From: Desulfurococcales archaeon
Lineage (GTDB): Archaea; Thermoproteota; Thermoprotei_A; Sulfolobales; NBVN01
NCBI GenBank assembly: GCA_026986435.1
Contig: JALSOP010000022.1
Coordinates: 1-60,567, forward strand
Direction of reading: 5' to 3'
DNA: 60,567 nucleotides
Shown here in pieces: positions 26,628-34,248 of this stretch. Below the pieces are notes generated by a model. It saw only the letters and a program-made list of their open reading frames with translations, had not been told where the DNA came from and searched no databases. The first letter of the stretch is position 1. The number at the start of each line of letters is the position of its first letter. Position numbers and translations under genes: made by a program.

Positions 26628-27434
26628 TCACTCGCCCCTTACCTCATATAAGTAATTAAGGATAGATAACGTAGCCCAGACAGCCTCAACGGACCTCACC
26701 GTCAGCGTGCCCTGCCCCGGTATGAAATTAACGTTCAGACCGGGCTTGAAGGCCACGAGTTCGTCGAAGTCGTGTCTTGGGTCACCGAATAGGACGTTTA
26801 TGCAGCCAGCGCCCCTCCATCCGCTCACGACCTTCTCCGCGATCCTCCTATCGGTTACTGAGGCCCCTCTCTTCGTGGCATTAACGGTGAAGCACCCCCT
26901 CAAAACTCTCCTAACATGCTCCTGGTCAACAACGCTTACGATGTAGCCCGTGTATTCCTCAACATCGTCTCTGCTAACCTCGACACACCTAAGCGGGTTA
27001 ATGCTCTCGATCCTAACCAGGATCCTCCAGCCCGGGCTCAACTCTCTAAACGACTGAACAACGCACTCGTTCCTTAGCCCTACGTAGGCCTTAGCTCTCA
27101 TATCCCATGACCGTGTCACGATGCCCTCTCTTAGCTGGCCCCTCCGCGGCGGCTCGTTGGTTGGGTTATGGGTGTATATGGCCAAGGGCTTGGTTAGCCC
27201 TGCGAACCTCAGCTCCGGCTTGAGGGGGTATATCACCCTCCTAAGGTACGGGGGAGTAACGACGTAGTTAAGAATAAGGTCAACGAGCCTGGCATCGTCC
27301 TCGTAACCCCCGATGCTCACGACGACGGCCTCGTCAACCCTGAACACTGCCAGTGCCCTGGCGAGGCGTGAGAGTTCCCTAACCTTCTCATCATCTGAGG
27401 GCTCGGTCGAGACTACCGAGGAGGGCACAAACAC
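26628..27434 (-). CDS. DUF171 / SPOUT-class putative RNA methyltransferase
   Basis: Blocks recalled for PF02598-like proteins: FVPSS..., LARALAVFRVDEAVVV, TPPYLRR, REGIV, YTGY.V, ATKRG, VLFGDP and IPGQGTLTVRSVEAVWATLSILN. The start is a GTG. Confidence 0.65.
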   Translation of the reverse strand: MFVPSSVVSTEPSDDEKVRELSRLARALAVFRVDEAVVVSIGGYEDDARLVDLILNYVVTPPYLRRVIYPLKPELRFAGLTKPLAIYTHNPTNEPPRRGQLREGIVTRSWDMRAKAYVGLRNECVVQSFRELSPGWRILVRIESINPLRCVEVSRDDVEEYTGYIVSVVDQEHVRRVLRGCFTVNATKRGASVTDRRIAEKVVSGWRGAGCINVLFGDPRHDFDELVAFKPGLNVNFIPGQGTLTVRSVEAVWATLSILNYLYEVRGE

Positions 27435-27553
27435 CCTAACTAAGTCCTCCCTCTTGCTTGGCGGCCACCTGAACGCCGTAACTCATCCCTCACATCAAAA
27501 CATCATTTACTCGTTCAGCAGCGTTACCCGTATATGGTGTCTGGCTACCGTGA

Positions 27554-27673
27554 CTACCTCTTCTTACCTTTCCCTTTCTTACCCTTCTTCTCCTTGCCCG
27601 AACTCTGCTGCTGAGAGGTCTTCTCCTCCCTACCGAAGCCCATGAACAAGGTTGTTCTCTGCTTACCGCCCAT
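27554..27673 (-). CDS. candidate 39-aa Lys/Gly-rich small protein
   Basis: My own translation gives MGGKQRTTLFMGFGREEKTSQQQSSGKEKKGKKGKGKKR*. GGTGAT lies 5 nt upstream of the ATG and a TTAATAT TATA-like box lies about 35 nt upstream. There is no other promoter-like element before the downstream DUF171 gene. Confidence 0.3.
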   Translation of the reverse strand: MGGKQRTTLFMGFGREEKTSQQQSSGKEKKGKKGKGKKR

Positions 27674-27734
27674 CCGTATCACCGCGGAGTGTCTACCTGC
27701 GGGGATATTAAGGCTGACCTCAATCTTAGAGCAG

Positions 27735-27781
27735 ATGATGTGTTTGCCGAGTTCTGAACCGTGATGAAGAACCAGAACTGA
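27735..27781 (+). ncRNA. candidate C/D-box sRNA
   Basis: ATGATGT(C)-GTTTGCCGAGTT(12)-CTGA(D')-ACC-GTGATGA(C')-AGAACCAGAA(10)-CTGA(D). The D' guide is complementary to AACUCGGCAAAC. As far as I recall, that matches the conserved archaeal 23S rRNA segment ...GGAACUCGGCAAA... Confidence 0.6.
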
Positions 27782-27793
27782 TAACCGAGAAAG

Positions 27794-27803
27794 TCTTTAA
27801 AGG
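27794..27803 (+). promoter_or_regulatory. TATA-box-like element upstream of rpl3
   Basis: TCTTTAAAGG lies about 40 nt upstream of the rpl3 ATG (27841). Confidence 0.4.
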
Positions 27804-27840
27804 ACTTATTCAAGTTGAGTGGTAGCGTGGTGCGGAAGCT

Positions 27841-28989
27841 ATGGCAAGAAGGAAGTTCTCGGCACCGAGGCGGGGGAGTCTCGGCGTTAGGCCGAGAAAG
27901 AGAGCCGCTGAAATCGTGCCTAGGATACGGAGCTGGCCAGTGATTGATTTCCCAGAACCAAGGCCCCTCGCCCTCCTGGGCTATAAGGCCGGGATGACCC
28001 ATGTACTAATGATCGATGACAGAGCCGGTACCCCGACACACGGTAAGGAAATCTTCGTACCAGTCACCGTCGTCGAGGTACCGCCGATGGTGGTGCTGGG
28101 GGCGAGGTTCTATATTAAGTACGGAACGGCCAACAGAGCGCTCACAGAGGCTTGGGCAGTGCCTCCCAAAGAGCTCGAGGTCTGGAGGCGCGTAAAGACC
28201 CTATCGATCCCAGAGAACCACGTAGAAAATGCCAGGAAGAAGGTTGAGGACTACAAGGACTACCTCTCCAGGGTCTCTCTCATACTCGCTTCACAGCCGA
28301 AACTCGCTGGAGGTCTGAGCAAGAAGGTCCCGGACATAATAGAGGTCGTGGTCGGTGGTGGCGAGCTAGCTGATAGGGTAGAGTACGCCTTCGGGATGCT
28401 CGGCAAGCAGGTGAGGGTGTGCGACATACTCAAGCCGGGCTTCTTCACCGACGTCATAGGGGTGACTAAGGGCAAGGGCTTCCAGGGAGTGATCAAGAGG
28501 TTCGGCGTCAAGGAACTCCCGAGGTGGCACAAGCACAGGAAGGGAAGCAGGAGGATAGGCTCGAGGTCGCCCGGCATAGGCGCCATAAGCCCGACCCCGC
28601 AGGCAGGGCAGATGGGCTTCCATAGAAGGACAGAGTACAACAAGAGGATACTGATGATGTGCTGCAACACCTCCTTCACCCTGGCCGAGGGCAAGGACAA
28701 GAAGGTGACGCAGTCCGGTTTCCTCTGCAATGAGTACTGCCTGAAGGCGTGCAAGGATGGCGTGGAGCTGAGTAAGGACGAGCTAGCTAGGGCATCGATC
28801 GAGACAATAACCCCGAAGGGAGGCTTCCCCCACTACGGGATAGTGAGGAGCGACTTCGTTGTGTTAGCTGGGAGTGTGCAGGGGCCGCCGAAGAGGCCTC
28901 TAGTGCTCAGGTGGCCTGTGAGGCCGCCGGACTGGGCCCCGGAGGAGCCGCCTAGAATAGTCTACATAAGCCTAGAGAGCAAGATATGA
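27841..28989 (+). CDS. rpl3: 50S ribosomal protein L3 (uL3) with a lineage-specific Cys-rich insertion
   Basis: MARRKFSAPRRGSLGVRPRKRA...GVTKGKGFQGVIKRFGVKELPRWHKHRKGSRRIGS...MGFHRRTEYNKRIL...ITPKGGFPHYG... At 382 aa it is about 40 aa longer than other crenarchaeal uL3 sequences I recall. Confidence 0.93.
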   Translation: MARRKFSAPRRGSLGVRPRKRAAEIVPRIRSWPVIDFPEPRPLALLGYKAGMTHVLMIDDRAGTPTHGKEIFVPVTVVEVPPMVVLGARFYIKYGTANRALTEAWAVPPKELEVWRRVKTLSIPENHVENARKKVEDYKDYLSRVSLILASQPKLAGGLSKKVPDIIEVVVGGGELADRVEYAFGMLGKQVRVCDILKPGFFTDVIGVTKGKGFQGVIKRFGVKELPRWHKHRKGSRRIGSRSPGIGAISPTPQAGQMGFHRRTEYNKRILMMCCNTSFTLAEGKDKKVTQSGFLCNEYCLKACKDGVELSKDELARASIETITPKGGFPHYGIVRSDFVVLAGSVQGPPKRPLVLRWPVRPPDWAPEEPPRIVYISLESKI

Positions 28990-28999
28990 GAGGTTCGGG

Positions 29000-29818
29000 G
29001 TGACTGAGATGAGGGCCGTGTTCACGCTGAACCTCTCAGAAGAAAGGAAGGCCGTGGTTAAGGGTCTAGACGGGGGCGTCGTAGAGGAGATCGAGCTACC
29101 CCCAATCTTTCGGTTCCCGGTTAGGAAGGACCTCATAAGGAGAGCGTTCCACTCGGCCCACACGGCGAGGCTCCAGCCTAAGGGCAGGGACCCGATGGCC
29201 GGCAACAGGAGGGCCGGCGAGTCATGGGGCATCGGCCACAGCGTAGCCAGAGTCCCCAGGCTAGATAACGGAAGGGCCGTCCTCGCCCCGAACGTCCGTG
29301 GAGGGCGCCTGGCACACCCGCCCAAGGTTGAGAAGGTGCTCCACGAGAGAATAAACAAGAAGGAGCGCATAAGGGCGATACTCTCGGCACTCTCAGCGAC
29401 GGCGTCACCAGATCTCGTGAGGGCCAGGGGCCACAGGTTCTCTGCTGATTCCCTGCCCGTGATCGTCGTGGATGATTTCGAGAAGATCGAGAGAACGTCC
29501 GGGGCTAAGGAGATTCTGAAGAAGCTCGGCGTGTGGGAGGATGTGGAGAGGGCTAAGGAAAGAATTAGAATCAGGGCTGGCAAGGGCAAGATGCGCGGGA
29601 GGCGGTACGTGGAGCCCAGGTCCCTACTGATCGTGGTGTCATCATACGATTCACCGGTCATAAAGGCAGTGCGGAACCTGCCGGGTGTCGACGTGGCCAC
29701 GCCGGATAACCTAAGCATTCTCCATCTCGCACCTGGTGGTGAGCCCGGTCGCCTAACTATTATAACCAGGTCAGCCCTTGAGAAGCTGAGCGAGAAGTAC
29801 GAGGTGGTTACGCCGTGA
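29000..29818 (+). CDS. rpl4: 50S ribosomal protein L4 (uL4)
   Basis: 272 aa containing ...[12 protein letters not shown]... The operon order is L3-L4-L23-L2. Confidence 0.95.
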   Translation: MTEMRAVFTLNLSEERKAVVKGLDGGVVEEIELPPIFRFPVRKDLIRRAFHSAHTARLQPKGRDPMAGNRRAGESWGIGHSVARVPRLDNGRAVLAPNVRGGRLAHPPKVEKVLHERINKKERIRAILSALSATASPDLVRARGHRFSADSLPVIVVDDFEKIERTSGAKEILKKLGVWEDVERAKERIRIRAGKGKMRGRRYVEPRSLLIVVSSYDSPVIKAVRNLPGVDVATPDNLSILHLAPGGEPGRLTIITRSALEKLSEKYEVVTP

Positions 29819-30078
29819 AGGACCTGACAAAGATAATACTGAGGGCCGTGGCCACGGAGAAGGCCATAAAGCTCATTCAGGAGCAGAACACGCTGACCTT
29901 CATAGTTGACCTGAGGGCCAACAAGCACGATATAAAGAGAGCCGTTGAGGACATGTTCGAGGTAAAGGTGGCTAAGGTAAGGACACTTATAACGCCCAGG
30001 GGAGAAAAGAAGGCTTACGTGAAGCTCGCGCCTGAGTATAAAGCCCACGAAATAGCTACCAGACTAGGCCTGCTGTGA
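29815..30078 (+). CDS. rpl23: 50S ribosomal protein L23 (uL23)
   Basis: 87 aa containing ...[39 protein letters not shown]... Confidence 0.95.
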   Translation: MKDLTKIILRAVATEKAIKLIQEQNTLTFIVDLRANKHDIKRAVEDMFEVKVAKVRTLITPRGEKKAYVKLAPEYKAHEIATRLGLL

Positions 30079-30098
30079 CTTGTTTGGGGTGGTGACGC

Positions 30099-30827
30099 AT
30101 GGGTAAGAGGATCCTGCAGCAGAGGGCTGGTCGAGGCGGGTCAGTGTTTAGGAGCCCGAGCCATAGAAAGGTGGCCGACGCTAAGTACCCGCCGCTGACG
30201 GATGAGACACTGAAGGGTATCGTCATGGAGCTAGTGCACGACCCCGGCAGGTGGGTGCCGCTCGCAAGGATAGAGCTTGAGGACGGGAGGGAGTACTACA
30301 TACCAGCCGCTGAGGGGATGTACGTTGGGCAGGTAGTGGAGATAGGGCCCGGAGCCTCCCTCTCCGTAGGTAATACCCTACCTCTAGGCAACATACCCGA
30401 GGGTACCAAGGTTTACAACATCGAGCTCAGGCCCGGGGACGGAGGCAAGCTGGCCAGAGCGCCCGGCAGCTACGCGCTCATAGTCGGCAGGTCCGGCAAT
30501 TACACCATAGTGAGGCTGCCGAGCGGTAAGGATAAGATGATACTGAGCAGGGCAAGGGCAACCATAGGCGTGCCCGCCGGCGTCGGCAAGAACGAGAAGC
30601 CCCTGCTGAAGGCTGGGAACGCTTACTACAAGTGGAGGTCTAAGGCGCATAAGTGGCCTAGGGTGAGGGGCGTCGCCATGAACGTGGTCTCCCACAAGTT
30701 CGGAGGCGGCTCACACCAGAGCGTCTCAATACCGTCAACGGTCTCGAGGAACGCCCCGCCCGGGAGGAAGGTTGGCCACATAGCCGCTAGGAGAACTGGC
30801 AGAAAGCGCGGAGCTAGGAGTAAGTAA
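30099..30827 (+). CDS. rpl2: 50S ribosomal protein L2 (uL2)
   Basis: 242 aa containing ...GNIPEGTKVYNIELRPGDGGKLARAPGSYA...MNVVSHKFGGG... Confidence 0.95.
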   Translation: MGKRILQQRAGRGGSVFRSPSHRKVADAKYPPLTDETLKGIVMELVHDPGRWVPLARIELEDGREYYIPAAEGMYVGQVVEIGPGASLSVGNTLPLGNIPEGTKVYNIELRPGDGGKLARAPGSYALIVGRSGNYTIVRLPSGKDKMILSRARATIGVPAGVGKNEKPLLKAGNAYYKWRSKAHKWPRVRGVAMNVVSHKFGGGSHQSVSIPSTVSRNAPPGRKVGHIAARRTGRKRGARSK

Positions 30828-30908
30828 TCGCGGTAAAGTAACACGTTTTCTCCCCATCAAAAGGATCTCCGTCACCCACGAAATGCTGGCCCGTAACCAC
30901 GGGCGGGC

Positions 30909-30956
30909 TCAGCACTTAATTACACATCACGCCTCAGCGTTTGCACCCTACATCAT
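30909..30956 (-). ncRNA. candidate C/D-box sRNA
   Basis: The minus strand reads ATGATGT(C)-AGGGTGCAAACG(12)-CTGA(D')-GGC-GTGATGT(C')-GTAATTAAGTG(11)-CTGA(D). It has the same architecture as the 27735 candidate. Its C box begins 5 nt after the ribL-like stop codon. Confidence 0.6.
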
Positions 30957-30960
30957 CGCT

Positions 30961-31662
30961 CTATTCTCTGCATAACCTCTCCTTCATTAGCTTAATGTAT
31001 GCTCGTGACGCCATGTGCTGGCCGCCGACCCTCTCCTTCAGCCTAACCACGTCGAAAGTGAGACCATACTTACTCGCGACATCTTCAAGGAAGGACTCAT
31101 CCACTGGCTGATCTGGTCCTAGAACTATGAGGTCTGGGCGCAACCTGTTTATCGTCTCGCCGAAGTCTGACTCGTGACCGAGCACCGCCTTATAGACATA
31201 CCTTATCGATGACACAACGGCGAGCCTCTCATTTTCACTCATTACTGGCTTCCTACCCTTGATCCTCTCGACGTTAACGTCCCTAGCAACCACGGCATAG
31301 ACGAGTCCGTACTTACTCGCCTCCCGGAGGTAGTGTATGTGCCCTGGGTGTATGATGTCGAACGTGCCGCCCACTAAAACCCTCTTTGGCCTCTCCCTCA
31401 CCCACTCTATGCTTAGGTGGCCCAGCATCCTTAAAGCGTCCAGCAAGCCCTCGGCGTAGGCAATGCATGATGTGGACGTTATGCAGTCACCGAGGCTAAG
31501 GTAGTACTCCGCATCCTTGACATAAAGTGAGGCAAGGTCGTAGATTCTCCGAACCTCCTTGCTGAGCCCCTCCGGACTCACCTGGGACAGGGCATTCTTC
31601 ACCATCCTTATGTACGTCCAGACACGCGAGACATCATTTGCAGAGCATTCGTTTGGTGGCAT
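30961..31662 (-). CDS. ribL: DUF357 domain fused to a RibL-type cytidylyltransferase (archaeal FAD synthetase family)
   Basis: The C-terminal half (VLVGGTFDIIHPGHIHYLREASKYG...VVARDVNVERIKGRKPVMSENERLAVV...DLIVLGPDQ) matches the HxGH nucleotidyltransferase of MJ1179-like RibL. The N-terminal helical DUF357-like part contains ...YVKDAEYYLSLGD...AYAEGLLDAL. The track ORF extends to 31704; the Met at 31662 is preferred. Confidence 0.75.
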   Translation of the reverse strand: MPPNECSANDVSRVWTYIRMVKNALSQVSPEGLSKEVRRIYDLASLYVKDAEYYLSLGDCITSTSCIAYAEGLLDALRMLGHLSIEWVRERPKRVLVGGTFDIIHPGHIHYLREASKYGLVYAVVARDVNVERIKGRKPVMSENERLAVVSSIRYVYKAVLGHESDFGETINRLRPDLIVLGPDQPVDESFLEDVASKYGLTFDVVRLKERVGGQHMASRAYIKLMKERLCRE

Positions 31663-32422
31663 CCAGCGCCTCCTCCTCCATAAAGTGTGGTTTCGGTGAT
31701 ACAACTATTAGTGTGTGGGGTACATCAGCATCAAACCTCATAAGCTCGTCCAAGGTACCTGGGCATACCCTCTGCCTTTCCCTGTCACCTAATGCCCCAA
31801 CGGCGACGGCTAATCTCTCGGGGGAAACAACGCCTTCTCTCCTGCTCTCCTCTAATTTATACAGAATCTCGATGGCCTCGGGAACCGTCATGTAATAGCC
31901 TTTCTCAGCGTCCATCTCGAGGAGGAACAGTGTGTGAAGACCTCTCTCGTCATTATCCTTCAAGACGTTGTAGGGATACTCACTAAGGACCTCGTGAACT
32001 GGGTAGGTTATTGTTGCGATCCTGCCCATCTTGTAGATCATTAGACCCGATAGAGTGAGCGCTGTGGGAACTATGCTTATCCCCGGCACAACCTCCACGT
32101 CTATCCCTCTCTTCACGGCTTCAACAACGATCGCGCTGTGGGTAGTGGCGACCAGGGGGTCACCAACAACCAGTAACGCTACGCGCTTTACAGAGGCGAG
32201 GGAGAGCACCCTCTTTGTGAGGCCCTCCTCGAGATCCGACCTACCCAGAACCTTAACTGCCTTACCTATCAGTTCCTCAAGTTCGCCTAGTCCGTCGCCC
32301 AGGAGCCTGCTGGTGTATGAGTCCACAAAGACATAATCCGCTTCCCTAGCAACAGTGAGGGCCCTTAACGTAATTAGATCCGGGGCAAGCCCGCATCCCA
32401 CCAAATACAGCTTCCCTACCAC
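31634..32422 (-). CDS. dphB: diphthine synthase
   Basis: MVGKLYLVGCGLAPDLITLRALTVAREADYVFVDSYTS...VVGDPLVATTH... It belongs to the tetrapyrrole-methylase superfamily with the DphB pattern. Confidence 0.9.
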   Translation of the reverse strand: MVGKLYLVGCGLAPDLITLRALTVAREADYVFVDSYTSRLLGDGLGELEELIGKAVKVLGRSDLEEGLTKRVLSLASVKRVALLVVGDPLVATTHSAIVVEAVKRGIDVEVVPGISIVPTALTLSGLMIYKMGRIATITYPVHEVLSEYPYNVLKDNDERGLHTLFLLEMDAEKGYYMTVPEAIEILYKLEESRREGVVSPERLAVAVGALGDRERQRVCPGTLDELMRFDADVPHTLIVVSPKPHFMEEEALDATKRMLCK

Positions 32423-32853
32423 TCCTCCATCACCGAGTAACCGCGGTACTCGATCTTACTAGGTGCTCTGCCCTCAACAACCCTACATATTTCCTCAACG
32501 AGGGTTCTGAGGCACACATTCCGCACTCTCTCCTTGTGAATGAATACACCATCCTTACTCATCGTAACAGAGAATCCCCGACCCACCAGCTCATTGTAGG
32601 CCCTCGTGACGAAGTCCTTGGCGGGGACTTCCGGGATCAACCATGCCTCGAAACCGACCCACTCAGCAACGGCTTCGTCGAGGGGGACCGACATTATTAA
32701 GCGTGCTTGCTTAAGGTAGTCACAGCCTTCAATGGAGAACTCGAGAGACACCGCCTTTATCGCAGACGTCGACGCGTAGGCGAGAACAGAGAAAACCTCC
32801 TCTGTTGCTACTGTGCCGCACGCTAGCCTAGCAACCTCATCGGCGCCGAGCAT
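32416..32853 (-). CDS. hypothetical protein
   Basis: 145 aa. It overlaps the dphB start by 7 nt. No family was recognised. Confidence 0.45.
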   Translation of the reverse strand: MLGADEVARLACGTVATEEVFSVLAYASTSAIKAVSLEFSIEGCDYLKQARLIMSVPLDEAVAEWVGFEAWLIPEVPAKDFVTRAYNELVGRGFSVTMSKDGVFIHKERVRNVCLRTLVEEICRVVEGRAPSKIEYRGYSVMEEW

Positions 32854-32908
32854 CCAAACCCTAATTGTTATGAGAGCCTTGACCTAATGTATTCTTAGGT
32901 GTAGAGGG

Positions 32909-33250
32909 ATGAGTGAGGACAGGATCTCGATAGTTATCGGGTTCTCGACCGCGCCTAACGAGGATGTCGCTAGGGCCCTTGGAGAGAAACTTGTTAGGGA
33001 AGGCCTGGCCGCATGCGTTAACGTAGTTCCGGACATCCGCTCTATCTATGTATGGAAGGGGGAGATAGTTGAGGACAGTGAGTCGTTAATGATAATCAAG
33101 ACCAGGAAGGACTTAGTCGATAAGGTAAGGCAGGTATTCGAGAAGGAGCACCCTTACGAGGTACCTGAACTAATATTCATTGACGTGGTTGGGGGTCATA
33201 AACCCTATATTGAGTGGGTTATTGAGAATACAAAAGATGAAGGAGGTTAA
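32909..33250 (+). CDS. cutA: divalent-cation tolerance protein CutA
   Basis: ...LVREGLAACVNVVPDIRSIYVWKGEIVEDSE..., ...HPYEVPELIFIDV... Confidence 0.88.
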   Translation: MSEDRISIVIGFSTAPNEDVARALGEKLVREGLAACVNVVPDIRSIYVWKGEIVEDSESLMIIKTRKDLVDKVRQVFEKEHPYEVPELIFIDVVGGHKPYIEWVIENTKDEGG

Positions 33251-33255
33251 CCAAC

Positions 33256-34194
33256 GTGCCCCAGGTGAGCGAGCTAGTTAAGCACTATATTGACGTATGC
33301 AACGACCCCGACGCCCTCAGACACCTTGTGAACAAGGCAGTAGATCTCTTCAGGGAGGAGCAACGTAAGAGACGCGACCCTTTCATAGAGATAATGAGCA
33401 GAAACCGCGTCATCGTATTCGGGGATATCCACGGCGATTTAGACACGGAACTCCGCATCCTTAAGAGGGTCTCCGTCGAGGAACTTAGGAATGGAGATAC
33501 CCACCTGGTGTTCCTCGGCGATTACGTTGATAGAGGACCGAATCAGGTAGAAGTCCTGGCATCCGTGCTCAAACTAAAGCTGGAGTTCCCGGAGAACGTG
33601 ACCGTCCTCCGCGGGAATCATGAATCGACGCCGGATCTTCGGGTCGCTCCCCATGACTTCCCTGATGAGCTCATAAGGAGGTACGGACTCAGGAGAGGTA
33701 ACGAGCTCAACCTAGAGTTCGAGAAGCTCTTCTATATCATGCCCTTGACGGCGTTGCTAGAGAGGAGTGTTCTCCTGCTGCACGGTGGATTACCGACGAC
33801 GACGTACGATAGGGCAACGACTATACAGGAGTATCTGGGTGGGATGGGGCCTACGGATAAAAGAATAATAAGGGCGGAGATACTCTGGAATGACCCAATA
33901 GAAAGGGAGATCGTGAGAGCGCCCTCGCCCAGGGGCATAGGCTACTTGTTTGGAAGGAAACTCACGAGATGGGTGATTAAGAGGTTCAAGATTGAGTACG
34001 TAATAAGGGGCCACGAAGTTCCTGCAGAAGGCTACAAGATCAATCATGACGGAAGAGTCATAACGCTCGTTTCAAGAGTTGGACCACCATATTTCAACGT
34101 AAAGGCCACATACCTAGACCTCAACTTAGGTAGAGGTGATTGGCTCAAAAACGTTAGGAGATCTATCAAGGTAGCGGTTGAGCAGGTGCTCTGA
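33256..34194 (+). CDS. PPP-family Ser/Thr protein phosphatase (metallophosphoesterase)
   Basis: Motifs GDIHGD, GDYVDRG and GNHE are in the canonical order. 312 aa. Confidence 0.85.
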   Translation: MPQVSELVKHYIDVCNDPDALRHLVNKAVDLFREEQRKRRDPFIEIMSRNRVIVFGDIHGDLDTELRILKRVSVEELRNGDTHLVFLGDYVDRGPNQVEVLASVLKLKLEFPENVTVLRGNHESTPDLRVAPHDFPDELIRRYGLRRGNELNLEFEKLFYIMPLTALLERSVLLLHGGLPTTTYDRATTIQEYLGGMGPTDKRIIRAEILWNDPIEREIVRAPSPRGIGYLFGRKLTRWVIKRFKIEYVIRGHEVPAEGYKINHDGRVITLVSRVGPPYFNVKATYLDLNLGRGDWLKNVRRSIKVAVEQVL

Positions 34195-34248
34195 GAGTTG
34201 ATGAAACATTTTTAACACAGTTAACGGTTGATGAGGGGCGGTGATAGA

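Noticed and set aside
27441-27553. Minus-strand AATGATGT...GATGAGT motifs between the 39-aa ORF and the DUF171 gene
   Set aside because: There are no D or D' boxes (CUGA) at 10-14 nt spacing, so it is not a credible C/D sRNA.
28654-28745. C-box-like GATGATGT and a downstream CTGA inside the uL3 insertion; I considered an embedded C/D sRNA or an unspliced BHB intron
   Set aside because: The C-to-D distance is about 87 nt, with no D'/C' boxes at 12-nt spacing. I could draw no BHB at the insertion borders, and the segment is in frame without stops. It is treated as coding sequence (see the uL3 finding).
28972-30048. 358-aa minus-strand ORF, the longest unexplained ORF in the track
   Set aside because: It is entirely antisense to rpl4 and rpl23, whose identities are certain. 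Its composition is low-complexity (Ser/Leu/Pro/Arg-rich), as is typical of the antisense frame of G+C-rich genes, and it has no recognisable motifs.
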